Assembly (NCBI GenBank): GCA_038874655.1
Contig: JAVZBY010000002.1
Location: 150,050-201,700 of the forward strand
From: Candidatus Woesearchaeota archaeon
GTDB taxonomy: Archaea; Nanobdellota; Nanobdellia; Woesearchaeales; GW2011-AR15
Direction: 5' to 3'
DNA: 51,651 nt
Made by a program: the position numbers and the translations under genes. Numbering within the stretch: the stretch's first letter is position 1; each line of letters begins with the position of its first letter. The notes beneath the pieces are model-generated. The model did no database searches. It saw only the letters and a program-made list of their open reading frames with translations, and was not told the origin of the DNA. Of this stretch, positions 37,296-47,528 are shown one piece after another.

Positions 37296-39790
37296 AAAAA
37301 ACAAGAATTTTTCTTTTACTAATACTAGCAATATATTTTTTGACCTTTAAATCTTATGCACAGACAAAAATTTATGAAGGTTGGCTTTATAATTCAAATT
37401 CATTTAAGATTGATGATACCCTTTACAAAATATATATTGAAGAAAAAGGTAAAGGAATCTTGTTATTTTCTGATAAAAAAACTTTCTCAGTTAATCTAAA
37501 CTCATGTGAAGAAATTGATACAAAAGTATTATGTTATAACATAAGTAGTTATGATTCAAGCTTAAAAGATTACAAAGCATTTATCACTTTAATTGAATAT
37601 CAACCAAAAATTGAGATTTCAAGAAAGATAACTAAAAATATCTTGTCTTTTGGTGAAACTGCATTATTCACGGTGGAAATTAAAAATACTGGCTTAACAG
37701 ACACAGAAATTTATTATGAAGATCAACTGCCAGAAAACATCAAAATAAAAGATGTAGATAATTGCTATATTTCAAACAATTCTATTTATTATAAGGGTAA
37801 ATTAAACTCTAATGAAAAACTAAAAATCCAATATGAAATTGAAGTTGTTGGTGAAGTAGATAAATATACAAAAGCAAAATTAATTTACTATGAATCAGGC
37901 AATAAAAAAGAGCTTTTCACAGAAACAATTAGGTTGTATTCAGAACCCATTCTGAAAATTGATTTAATAAAAGACAAGGAGGATTACCAATTAGATGAGG
38001 AAATGAATTTTAGTTTAAGTTTAACTAATAAAGGGAATTCAGAAATTAGATTAAATTTTTCACTAAATTTTCCTAACTCTGTAGAATTAATCACGGATTC
38101 TTATAAAAATTACGATACTAATGATAATAATTTATTATCAGAAACAAAATCTCTTTCATTGAAATTAGAGCCAAATGAAACTAGAAAAATTAATTATAAA
38201 ATTAAAAACAAAAAAACAGGTTTATTTTTTATAACCTTAGAAGGTTTTTATTTATATAAAAGTAGGAATTATAAATTAAGTAATCAAAAATTAGGGTATG
38301 TAGTTCATAATGAAGGAATAGAAATTTCAACTTCCATAAAAGATCCAGATTATGTGTATAGTAATCAAAATTATTTATTATATGTTAAAGTAAAAAACAA
38401 AAATTCTTTTGCAAAAATCAAAAATGCAAAATTAAACATAATATCCAATTTAATAAATTTTGATACATTTGAATTAAAACAGATTAATCCTAATGAAACA
38501 GCATTCTTAATTAACAAAGAAATAAAAATTCCATTTGTTGAAAATCAAGAAACTTACAAATTAAAATTTAATCTCACATATAAAACAGATGAAGATGAAT
38601 TCTTTAGTGAAATTTTTGAAAAAACAATTATAGTAAAGCCAATAGAGCAATTAACATTAAAAATTAATATGCCTTATACAGCATATGAAGAAAATGAAAT
38701 AGAAGTCAGGGTAGATATAAAAAATCCTGGAAATTCTTTAATTAAAGATGGTTTTATTGAAGCAATTATTCCTTCAGATTTTAAAATAATTGGAGTAAGT
38801 TCAACAAACTTTATAATAAATAAAAGTCAAGAATTAAATATTTTAAATTTTAAAATTATTCCTAATTTAGTAGAATCTGAAAAAATTTACAACATAACTT
38901 TTGTTTTAAAATATTCTGATCAAAATATACCTTATAAAATAGAAGAAACAAAACAAATAAAAGTAGCTCAAAAAGTTCCTGAATTCTATATAATGAAATA
39001 TGCTACAACAAAACCCTCTGTAGGTGAAATTATAGATGTTGAATATAATATAGAAAATAAAGATCAAAGTATCTATGATATTAATATTATTCCATCTGAA
39101 AATCAGTATATAGATATAGTAAACAAATTTGAAACAAAAATAAACGCATTAAATCCAAATGAAAAAATAAAATTAAAAGGCGAACAAATAATACTAAAAA
39201 AATCTGGAAATTTTGATGTTGGTCAATCTTTAGTGATTTACAGAGATTCAAAAGGCAGAATATTTAATTTGACTTCTTCAAGCATGATATTAAATGTTGA
39301 GAATAATTCAAATATTAATTCTCCATTGATAATTATTTCAAAAACAATTTCACCAAAAAAAGACAAATATTCTTATGATGATGAAATAGAAATTATAATA
39401 AATTTAACAAATCTAGGCACAAAAGGAGCTAAAGTAAATTTGACAGATGAATATATTAATCAAGAAATTGTAGTTCCTTTTTATTCATCAAAAACAATTT
39501 CTAAAAAAATAAAATTAAACCAAACAGGCAAAATCAAATTTCCACAAACAAAAATAATATATGAATATAATCATAATATAATAAAATCCTTTTCTAATAA
39601 TCTCGAAATTTATGTTGACAATAATAGTAATGAATTAAATGAAAATACTCATTTATCAGAAAAAAATAATAGAGAAACTTATAAAAATGAGTCATTACAA
39701 GAAATAGAAAGTGTAAATAAAAGCAAAAATGAAACAAAAAACATTATAATAAAAATTTTTAACTGGTTTAAAAGCTTGTTTAAGAGATAA
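37292..39790 (+). CDS. Large secreted multi-Ig-like repeat surface protein (DUF11/CARDB-like)
   Basis: Signal peptide SYA|Q; repeated V.I.N.G...L.PNE motifs; C-terminal IIKIFNWFKSLF. Confidence 0.75.
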   Translation: MKKTRIFLLLILAIYFLTFKSYAQTKIYEGWLYNSNSFKIDDTLYKIYIEEKGKGILLFSDKKTFSVNLNSCEEIDTKVLCYNISSYDSSLKDYKAFITLIEYQPKIEISRKITKNILSFGETALFTVEIKNTGLTDTEIYYEDQLPENIKIKDVDNCYISNNSIYYKGKLNSNEKLKIQYEIEVVGEVDKYTKAKLIYYESGNKKELFTETIRLYSEPILKIDLIKDKEDYQLDEEMNFSLSLTNKGNSEIRLNFSLNFPNSVELITDSYKNYDTNDNNLLSETKSLSLKLEPNETRKINYKIKNKKTGLFFITLEGFYLYKSRNYKLSNQKLGYVVHNEGIEISTSIKDPDYVYSNQNYLLYVKVKNKNSFAKIKNAKLNIISNLINFDTFELKQINPNETAFLINKEIKIPFVENQETYKLKFNLTYKTDEDEFFSEIFEKTIIVKPIEQLTLKINMPYTAYEENEIEVRVDIKNPGNSLIKDGFIEAIIPSDFKIIGVSSTNFIINKSQELNILNFKIIPNLVESEKIYNITFVLKYSDQNIPYKIEETKQIKVAQKVPEFYIMKYATTKPSVGEIIDVEYNIENKDQSIYDINIIPSENQYIDIVNKFETKINALNPNEKIKLKGEQIILKKSGNFDVGQSLVIYRDSKGRIFNLTSSSMILNVENNSNINSPLIIISKTISPKKDKYSYDDEIEIIINLTNLGTKGAKVNLTDEYINQEIVVPFYSSKTISKKIKLNQTGKIKFPQTKIIYEYNHNIIKSFSNNLEIYVDNNSNELNENTHLSEKNNRETYKNESLQEIESVNKSKNETKNIIIKIFNWFKSLFKR

Positions 39791-39901
39791 ATAGCTTCAT
39801 AAGAAATAAAAAAATTATTTATTAATAAATTCAATAATCTATTGAACCATATCTAAGAATCATTGAAAAAATTTATATATTTTAGATGCATAATTATTTT
39901 T

Positions 39902-40057
39902 ATGACAAAAACCTTAACAAAATTAAAAATAAATAAACTTTGCAAAAGATGTAATTCAGAAATGACTGTTAAGGGCATAAATGAAATAGGAAAAACAAAA
40001 TATTACATATTATATTGCGAAAAATGTAAATACAGTTGTGCCAGAAGCTCTGAGTAA
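39902..40057 (+). CDS. Small zinc-ribbon protein
   Basis: CKRC...CEKC; TATA tttatata at 39872 supports ATG 39902. Confidence 0.65.
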   Translation: MTKTLTKLKINKLCKRCNSEMTVKGINEIGKTKYYILYCEKCKYSCARSSE

Positions 40058-40159
40058 TATATATTTAATTTTTTCATATAACTTTATTTTTCTAAAGCAG
40101 TTATAGAATAGTTTATTTTGTTAATAAACTTTTTTAATACTAAAACTTTCTAAATTTCT

Positions 40160-41416
40160 ATGGATATAAATGATTATTTCGATAAAAACACAATGAGTAT
40201 TCATCTGAAAGAAAAAAATTATCCTTATGCTAAAAAAGGATCTCCAAAAAAATGGAGCTTTGAAAAAATAGGTAATAGTTTAATTACTAAAGAAGAATTA
40301 CTTGATTTAATTAATAATATTGAAAAAAATGCAAAGCTAGAATCACAGCATGAATATAGTTCAATTTATCAAAAAAATGATTTAAGAATTATAATCACAA
40401 TGCCGCCATTTTCAGATACTTTAGAAATAACAGCTATAAAGCCAATAAAATATTTAAAACTAGATGATTATGATTTAAAAAAAGAACTTTTTGATAGAAT
40501 TATTGAAAAAGCAGATGGTTTATTAATATCTGGGCCTCCTGGGCAGGGAAAAACAACATTTGCAAGAGCAATAGCATTATATTTTTCAGAACATAATAAA
40601 ATCGTTAAAACATTAGAAAGTCCAAGAGACATGAATTTGCCAGATAACATAACGCAATTTTCATTGGATAAATCAAATCATAAAGAGATAAGAGATGTAT
40701 TATTATTAACAAGACCAGATATAACTATCTTTGATGAAATGCGTAATTTGGATGATTTCAAATTATATACAGATTTAAGATTGTCAGGAATTGGAATGAT
40801 AGGTGTTTTACATTCAACAAAACCAATAGATTCAATCCAAAGATTCATAGGAAAAATAGAATTAGGCATAATACCTTATGTTATTGATACATTAATCTTC
40901 ATAGAAAAAGGTTCAATTTCAAAAGTATATGAAATTCAGATGACTATAAAAACACCATTTGGTATGAAAGATATTGGTTTAACTAGGCCAATAATTTTAG
41001 TTAATGATTTTTTTACAAAAAAAACAGAATATGAGATATATTCTTATGGTGATGAAACAGTTGTAGTCTCTGTTGATGAAACTTCAAAACTTGAAAAAAA
41101 AATATCAGAAAAAGAAGATATAGAAAAAAAAACTTTAAACCCAATAAAATTAGAACTTTATGATAAAAAAATTAAAGAAATAGAAATCCCAAGAAAAAGC
41201 ATAAAATTTTCAATAAAAGTTGAAAACAGATATTTAACAATAATCCCTAATGATAATCTACAAGGCAAAGAAATTTTAATTTATATAGATAATTCTTTTT
41301 TAATGACTGCAAAAGTTAGCAAAAAAAATCAAATAAAAATAAATTTAGATTCTAAAAATGGGAAATTATTTTATTCAGCAATTGTCTCAAAAAGGATTGT
41401 TGAGTTAAGAATATAA
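40160..41416 (+). CDS. PINA/COG1855-like VirB11-type ATPase lacking PIN and KH domains
   Basis: YFD..TMSIHLKE, PPFSD..EITA, GPPGQGKTTFA, TLESPRD, RPD.TIFDEMR, D.RLSGIGMIGV.H, RFIG.IELG.IP. Confidence 0.85.
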   Translation: MDINDYFDKNTMSIHLKEKNYPYAKKGSPKKWSFEKIGNSLITKEELLDLINNIEKNAKLESQHEYSSIYQKNDLRIIITMPPFSDTLEITAIKPIKYLKLDDYDLKKELFDRIIEKADGLLISGPPGQGKTTFARAIALYFSEHNKIVKTLESPRDMNLPDNITQFSLDKSNHKEIRDVLLLTRPDITIFDEMRNLDDFKLYTDLRLSGIGMIGVLHSTKPIDSIQRFIGKIELGIIPYVIDTLIFIEKGSISKVYEIQMTIKTPFGMKDIGLTRPIILVNDFFTKKTEYEIYSYGDETVVVSVDETSKLEKKISEKEDIEKKTLNPIKLELYDKKIKEIEIPRKSIKFSIKVENRYLTIIPNDNLQGKEILIYIDNSFLMTAKVSKKNQIKINLDSKNGKLFYSAIVSKRIVELRI

Positions 41417-41511
41417 TTTTGAGTTAAAATATAAATGACAATAAAATTTTTATAATAATTTTTACATTTTAAGTAAAAAAATTTTTAAACTTTGAAATTT
41501 CTAATTAAAAT

Positions 41512-42246
41512 ATGTCTGAAATTCCATGGTATGCTTGGATTGGTGTAGGTTTATTAGTTGGAATAGTTTCTTTATTTATGGGTTTTTTAAAGCCAGTTTC
41601 TTATGATGCTTTTTTTAAGTTAATGTTTTTTATTTCTATAATAATGATAATTTATGGATATATAAAAATGAAAATTAAAGAAAAATTATTTATGGAAGAA
41701 TTAGAAAAAAGAAGATTATCCAGAGGTGAAAGGGAAATAGAGATTAATATGGAAGATTTTAGAAACAAACCAAAACTTAATCCAACCTCTTATAATTACA
41801 ATTCAACTAACTACTCTCAAAGTAAATATGATTCTAGTTATGCTCAATCTCAAAAAATACCTAACCATTATGGAACGCCAAGAACTTTTAATAATATTAA
41901 TCAACAACAAAATACACAAAAGCAAAATTACTCTAATCCTTCTGTTTCTAATAGTAATAATTTAAACCAATATACCTCAAATAATCAAAAAAATCAAATC
42001 AATACACAAACAAATAATCAATATACCCATCATTCAACACATCATTCTGCTCAAATGTCTTTAAATCAATCTTCACATCATACATCACTTAAATCACATC
42101 ATCAAACAAAGGATCATTCACAAATAAATTATCATTACCAATCACATTCTAGAAACTCTCAAAATACTCAAAGAATATGCCCAAATTGTAGAACACCTTT
42201 ATTAAAGGAACATAAGTATTGTCCTATTTGTAATGCGAAAGTTTAA
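41512..42246 (+). CDS. Two-TM protein with N/Q/S/H-rich linker and C-terminal zinc ribbon
   Basis: Two TM helices, a low-complexity tract, CPNC...YCPIC. Confidence 0.75.
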   Translation: MSEIPWYAWIGVGLLVGIVSLFMGFLKPVSYDAFFKLMFFISIIMIIYGYIKMKIKEKLFMEELEKRRLSRGEREIEINMEDFRNKPKLNPTSYNYNSTNYSQSKYDSSYAQSQKIPNHYGTPRTFNNINQQQNTQKQNYSNPSVSNSNNLNQYTSNNQKNQINTQTNNQYTHHSTHHSAQMSLNQSSHHTSLKSHHQTKDHSQINYHYQSHSRNSQNTQRICPNCRTPLLKEHKYCPICNAKV

Positions 42247-42335
42247 TTATAATTCTAAACCCTTAATAGGATAATAAATAAATCCTAAAATTTAAACCAT
42301 ACTTTTTTAAAATTTTCTAAATTCCAATATTAGCC

Positions 42336-45300
42336 ATGTCTGATAAGATACTAAAAAAAGAGATTTATAAAGGAAATAAAGAAAATTCTATTTTCAATTA
42401 TTTAAAAACACCCTACACAGATGAAGAGATTTATAGTATTTTACATCCTTATTTGAGAAAATGGTTTAAAGATACATTTCAAAATTTTTCAGAGCCACAA
42501 AAATTTGGCATTATTCCTATTCACGAAAGAAAAAACACTTTGATTTTTGCACCAACTGGCACAGGAAAAACATTAACAGCTTTCACTTCTATTATAAATG
42601 AACTAACTTTTTTAGCAGAGAATAATAAATTAGAAAATAGAGTTTATTGTGTTTATATAAGCCCATTAAAAGCATTATCAAGAGATATTAAAGTTAATTT
42701 AATGGAACCATTAGAAGCAATAAAAAAAATTGCTAAGCAAAATAGCAAAGAAATTGATATAAGAGTAGGTGTAAGAACAGGAGATACAACAACAAGCCAA
42801 AAATCAGAAATGCTAAAAAAAGCACCACATATTTTAATTACAACACCAGAAAGTTTTGCTATTGTTATCACATCAAAAAAATTTAGAGACTTAATGAAAA
42901 ATATTGGCTGGGTTATTATTGATGAGATCCATTCAATTGCAGGCACTAAAAGAGGTGCGCATTTATCTTTATCCTTAGAAAGATTACAAAATTTAACTGA
43001 TTTTACAAGAATAGGATTATCAGCTACAGTTTCTCCATTAGAGGAAGTTGCTAAATTTTTAGTTGGAAAAGAAAAAATAATGGAAAATGGAAAAGAGATT
43101 TTTAAATTTAGGGGATGTAATATTGTTGATGCACAATTTATAAAAAAAATGGATTTAAAGGTATTAAGTCCTGTTCCAGACATAATAAATACAAGCCATG
43201 AAGTAATGCATGAGAAAATGTATGAGTTAATTAATGATTTAATCCAAAGCCATAAAACAACCTTAATTTTCACAAATACAAGATCTGCAACTGAGAGAGT
43301 AGTTCATTATCTAAAAAATAAATATCCAGAGCAATATACAGAAAAATTAGGTGAAAAGGACTCAAGATCCTTAATTGGAGCACATCATAGTTCTTTAAGC
43401 ACAAGCCATAGAGTTAGAATGGAAAACATGCTTAAAGAAGGAAAACTAAAATGTATTGTTTCTTCAACTTCTCTTGAATTAGGAATTGATATTGGTTATA
43501 TTGACTTAGTTATTTTATTAGGTAGTCCAAAATCAGTTGCTCGAGCATTACAAAGAATTGGTAGAAGTGGTCATAGACTGCATGAAGTTTCAAAAGGTAG
43601 AATAATTGTTTTAGATAGAGATGATTTAGTTGAATGTGCAGTATTATTAAAAAGTGCTATTGAAAAAAAGATTGATAATATCTTTATACCAAAAAATCCT
43701 TTAGATGTTTTATCACAACAGATTTTTGGAATGGCAATTGAAGATGTTTATCATATTGAAAAAATCTATGAAACAGTGAAAAGAAGCTATAATTTTGAGA
43801 CATTAACAAGAGAAGATTTTGATTCTGTAATATCTTATTTATCAGGTGAGCATGTTTCATTAGAAGAAAGAAATGTTTATGGAAAAATTTGGGTTGATAA
43901 AGAAACAGGTAATGTTGGTAAGAGAGGAAAAATGGCTCGTATGATTTATATGACAAATATTGGCACAATTCCAGATGAGTCATTTATAACAGTAAAAATT
44001 GGAAATGAAGTTATCGGAAAAATCGATGAGCCATTTTTAGAGAGATTAAAAAAAGGAGATGTCTTTGTTTTAGGTGGCGATACCTATGAATTTTTACATG
44101 CAAAAGGCATGGTTGCTTATGTAAAAACAAGCGCTGGCAGACCTCCTACTGTTCCATCTTGGGTTTCAGAGACATTACCATTAAGCTTTGATTTGGCAAT
44201 GGAAATACAAAAATTTAGATATCTAATGGAAGAGCAATTTAAAGCAAATAAAACAAAACAAGAGATTATTGAATTTATTGATAAATATCTTTATGTTGAT
44301 AAATATGGGGCAAACTCTATTTATGAATATTTTAAAGAGCAATATTTATTTTCAGAAATTCCACATGAAAAAAAATTAGTTATAGAGCATTTTAAAGAGG
44401 ACAGAAATAAGTTTATTGTTTTTCATACTTTATATGGAAGAAGGGTAAATGATGTTTTATCTAGGGCATTAGCATTTGCGATTTCAAGACAACAACATAG
44501 TGATGTTGAAATAAGCATTTCTGACAATGGTTTCTTGTTATCTTATAAAGGAAATTTAATGGCTGTAAAAGCTTTAAAAGCAATAAGAAGCCAGGATTTA
44601 AGAAAAATAATGTATTTGGCTTTGGAAAAAACAGAAATACTAAAAAGAAGGTTTAGACATTGCGCGACAAGGGCTTTAATGATTTTAAAAAATTATAAGG
44701 GCTTTACAAAAACAGTTGGCAAACAGCAAGTAAGTTCAATGTTATTATTAAATTCTGTAAGAAGAATTTCAGATGATTTTCCAATTTTAAAAGAAACCAG
44801 GCGTGAAATTTTAGAAGATTTAATGGATATCACAAACGCAGAAAAAGTCTTAAAAGATATTGAATCAGGAAAAATAAAGATTGTTGAAACTTTTAAAGAT
44901 TTTCCAAGTCCTTTTGCATTCCATTTAGTTATCCAAGGTTATTCAGATATATTTAAAATTGAGGATAAATTAGAATTCTTAAAAAGAATGCATGAGAAGG
45001 TTTTAAAAAATATAGAAAACCCAAAAGAAAAAGCAGAATTTAATTATCATGAATTATGGAAATTAGCAGAAGAAGGAAAACAAAGAGAAAAACAAGAGCA
45101 TATAGAAGAACTAAAAAGAATAGCATGGAATTTAGAAATTCCTATGTTTGCAAAAGAGCAAATTGTCAATATGATAGAGGGTAAAGAAATAGAGCAAAAT
45201 ATAATTGATGAATTTAAAAAATACAATGATGAAATAAACAAATTCCCAGAAAAACTTAAAAAATTCATTTTAGATTACCTAAAAAAGAACGATTATCAAA

Positions 45301-45515
45301 ATATTTTATTAAGTCAATTAAAAGATGCTTATAACTCAGTTAAATTTGATGATGATATTTACTTTGAAGCAAAACAAGTAATATTAGGCAAAAGAAAATA
45401 TGTAAGCAAAAAATTTAAGGATTATTTAGATAACTTATTATCAGGAGCAATTCCATATGCATGGAAAAAAGAGATTGTTAAGTTTTTTATGAAAGTGAGA
45501 AATGAACTTGAATAA
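42336..45515 (+). CDS. lhr: Lhr-family ATP-dependent helicase
   Basis: APTGTGKT, SPLKAL..D, RTGDT, TTPES, DEIH, GLSAT, HHSSLS, SLELGIDIG, QRIGRSGH, GTIPD. Confidence 0.93.
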   Translation: MSDKILKKEIYKGNKENSIFNYLKTPYTDEEIYSILHPYLRKWFKDTFQNFSEPQKFGIIPIHERKNTLIFAPTGTGKTLTAFTSIINELTFLAENNKLENRVYCVYISPLKALSRDIKVNLMEPLEAIKKIAKQNSKEIDIRVGVRTGDTTTSQKSEMLKKAPHILITTPESFAIVITSKKFRDLMKNIGWVIIDEIHSIAGTKRGAHLSLSLERLQNLTDFTRIGLSATVSPLEEVAKFLVGKEKIMENGKEIFKFRGCNIVDAQFIKKMDLKVLSPVPDIINTSHEVMHEKMYELINDLIQSHKTTLIFTNTRSATERVVHYLKNKYPEQYTEKLGEKDSRSLIGAHHSSLSTSHRVRMENMLKEGKLKCIVSSTSLELGIDIGYIDLVILLGSPKSVARALQRIGRSGHRLHEVSKGRIIVLDRDDLVECAVLLKSAIEKKIDNIFIPKNPLDVLSQQIFGMAIEDVYHIEKIYETVKRSYNFETLTREDFDSVISYLSGEHVSLEERNVYGKIWVDKETGNVGKRGKMARMIYMTNIGTIPDESFITVKIGNEVIGKIDEPFLERLKKGDVFVLGGDTYEFLHAKGMVAYVKTSAGRPPTVPSWVSETLPLSFDLAMEIQKFRYLMEEQFKANKTKQEIIEFIDKYLYVDKYGANSIYEYFKEQYLFSEIPHEKKLVIEHFKEDRNKFIVFHTLYGRRVNDVLSRALAFAISRQQHSDVEISISDNGFLLSYKGNLMAVKALKAIRSQDLRKIMYLALEKTEILKRRFRHCATRALMILKNYKGFTKTVGKQQVSSMLLLNSVRRISDDFPILKETRREILEDLMDITNAEKVLKDIESGKIKIVETFKDFPSPFAFHLVIQGYSDIFKIEDKLEFLKRMHEKVLKNIENPKEKAEFNYHELWKLAEEGKQREKQEHIEELKRIAWNLEIPMFAKEQIVNMIEGKEIEQNIIDEFKKYNDEINKFPEKLKKFILDYLKKNDYQNILLSQLKDAYNSVKFDDDIYFEAKQVILGKRKYVSKKFKDYLDNLLSGAIPYAWKKEIVKFFMKVRNELE

Positions 45516-45596
45516 AGAAAAGAGTTTGAATATACACTATATTAGAAAATATAATAGATGTAAAAATATATAAACTACTATTTATTATCACTTCTT

Positions 45597-47057
45597 ATGT
45601 CAGATGATATTTTAAAAAGAAATTTTAAACCTATAAAGAAAAAAACACCAAAAGTTGATTTAATCTTAGAAGATAAAATTGAAATTGCTTCACCACTTAA
45701 AAGATTTTTAGCATTTGTAATTGATTTGTTTATAATACAAATTCTATTAATACCTTTCTCTAACTATATAGAAAAAAATCTCACTTTTACTACAGATTTT
45801 TCTAAAAACATATCACTTTTAGAATCAAATCCAGAACTATTATCTTCATTATCTTTTTTTGTTTTTATGGTTTTTTTGATATTATTTTTTTATTTTGTTT
45901 ATTTTGAATATAAATTAGGACAAACACCAGGAAAATTAATTCTTGGCATTCGTGTAATAAATTATAGTCTTGAAAAAAATGCTTCTAAAAAGGCAAATGA
46001 AAGTGAGAAATTAAATTTTTTACAATCTGTAATGAGAAATTTGTTTTTTATACCTCTTTTTCCATTTTATCTTCTATGGTTTATAGATCCTATATATTTA
46101 ATTTTCACACAAAAAAGATTATCAGACAATTTTTCAAAAACAATTGTTGTAAATTCAAAAGAACCTATAACAAAAGAAAACATATTATTAGTTCTTAAAA
46201 TTTCTTCAATTATTTTTCTTTTTATAATAATACTATCTTACATTTTTCCTTATTTAACAGATTTGCCCCAAACTACCTATGGAAAAAATGTAGCAATAAT
46301 CCCTATTCATGGAACTATCTCTGTTTCAGAAGGAGATATGTTTTCTTCAGGAGTTGTTTCTAGTGAATCTGTTATTAGTAAATTAGATAAAGTGCTAAAA
46401 AACAAGGAAATAAAAGCAGTTATCTTTGATATAAATTCTCCAGGAGGTTCTCCTGTTCCTACTGATGAAATCAGTCAAAAAATAAAAGAATTAAAAAAAT
46501 ACAATATAACTACAATTGCATTAATTAGAGAATATGGTGCAAGTGGTGCATATTGGATAGCAAGTTCATGTGATTATATTTTTGCTAACAGAATGTCTTT
46601 AGTTGGAAGTATTGGAGTTATAGGTTCATATTTAGATTTTTCAGGATTATTACAAAGATACAATATAACTTATCAAAGATATGTCTCAGGTGAATTAAAA
46701 GATATGGGTTCTCCATTTAAACCAGCATCAGAAGAAGAAAAAAAAGTTTTTCAGAAATTAATTGATGACTTAAATGAAATCTTTATTGAAGAAGTTTCTT
46801 TAAACAGAAATTTATCTATTGAAGATGTAAGAAAATTAGCAACAGGTCAAGTTTATTTAGGTATAGAAGCAAAAAAATTAAAATTAATTGATGAAATAGG
46901 CACAAAACAAGATGCAATTAACTTTATTGAAAAAAATTTGAACATAAATGCTAATGTTATTGAATATAAAGATACAAAAAGTATTTTTGATTCATTACTA
47001 GCATCTAAATCAAAATTAGGAAATTTTATATATCCAATCTTACCTACTATTAATTAG
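45597..47057 (+). CDS. sppA: RDD domain fused to signal peptide peptidase SppA (S49)
   Basis: N-terminal AS..KRF.AF.ID, GQTPGK...GIRV, RL.D; C-terminal INSPGG, ASGAYWIA, GSIGV, G..KD.GSP. Confidence 0.85.
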   Translation: MSDDILKRNFKPIKKKTPKVDLILEDKIEIASPLKRFLAFVIDLFIIQILLIPFSNYIEKNLTFTTDFSKNISLLESNPELLSSLSFFVFMVFLILFFYFVYFEYKLGQTPGKLILGIRVINYSLEKNASKKANESEKLNFLQSVMRNLFFIPLFPFYLLWFIDPIYLIFTQKRLSDNFSKTIVVNSKEPITKENILLVLKISSIIFLFIIILSYIFPYLTDLPQTTYGKNVAIIPIHGTISVSEGDMFSSGVVSSESVISKLDKVLKNKEIKAVIFDINSPGGSPVPTDEISQKIKELKKYNITTIALIREYGASGAYWIASSCDYIFANRMSLVGSIGVIGSYLDFSGLLQRYNITYQRYVSGELKDMGSPFKPASEEEKKVFQKLIDDLNEIFIEEVSLNRNLSIEDVRKLATGQVYLGIEAKKLKLIDEIGTKQDAINFIEKNLNINANVIEYKDTKSIFDSLLASKSKLGNFIYPILPTIN

Positions 47058-47133
47058 GATTTTAACTATTTATAGAATTAGATAATATAAATAAAAAGTC
47101 AAAAACTAAAAAATTATAAAAAAAGAGGGTAAA

Positions 47134-47451
47134 ATGTTAAGTAGAAAATATAACCTTTTTGAAAAATTATTATTGCCTGTTGGTTTTGGTTTAACTTTTT
47201 TTGGATTTTATTTAATTTTCTTAGCTGAAAAATTAAATACCCAAACAGCGTGGATAAGATTATCTGCTGTTTTTTCATGGATGATTTTACTATTTTTAAT
47301 AATAATCTCCTCAGCAACAGAGAATATGAAAGAAGAATTATTATTAATTCAAAAAGAACATTCAAGTGAAATAAAGTTATTGAGAGATATAACCCATGAA
47401 CAATTAGAAGAAATAAAATTATTAAGACAAGAATTAAAAATAAAAAGATAA
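47134..47451 (+). CDS. Small two-TM hypothetical protein with coiled-coil tail
   Basis: SD gagggt; two hydrophobic segments; charged heptad tail. Confidence 0.7.
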   Translation: MLSRKYNLFEKLLLPVGFGLTFFGFYLIFLAEKLNTQTAWIRLSAVFSWMILLFLIIISSATENMKEELLLIQKEHSSEIKLLRDITHEQLEEIKLLRQELKIKR

Positions 47452-47528
47452 TTTTTTTGTAATAATAAATTTTAAATATTAGTTTTTTTTTAATATTGAT
47501 ATTTTAATTATATCCCTTATTCATATTA

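Noticed and set aside
42653-43273. 206-aa antisense ORF inside lhr, and the other short antisense or overlapping ORFs in the track
   Set aside because: They are shadows of well-supported genes on the opposite strand or frame and have no motifs of their own.
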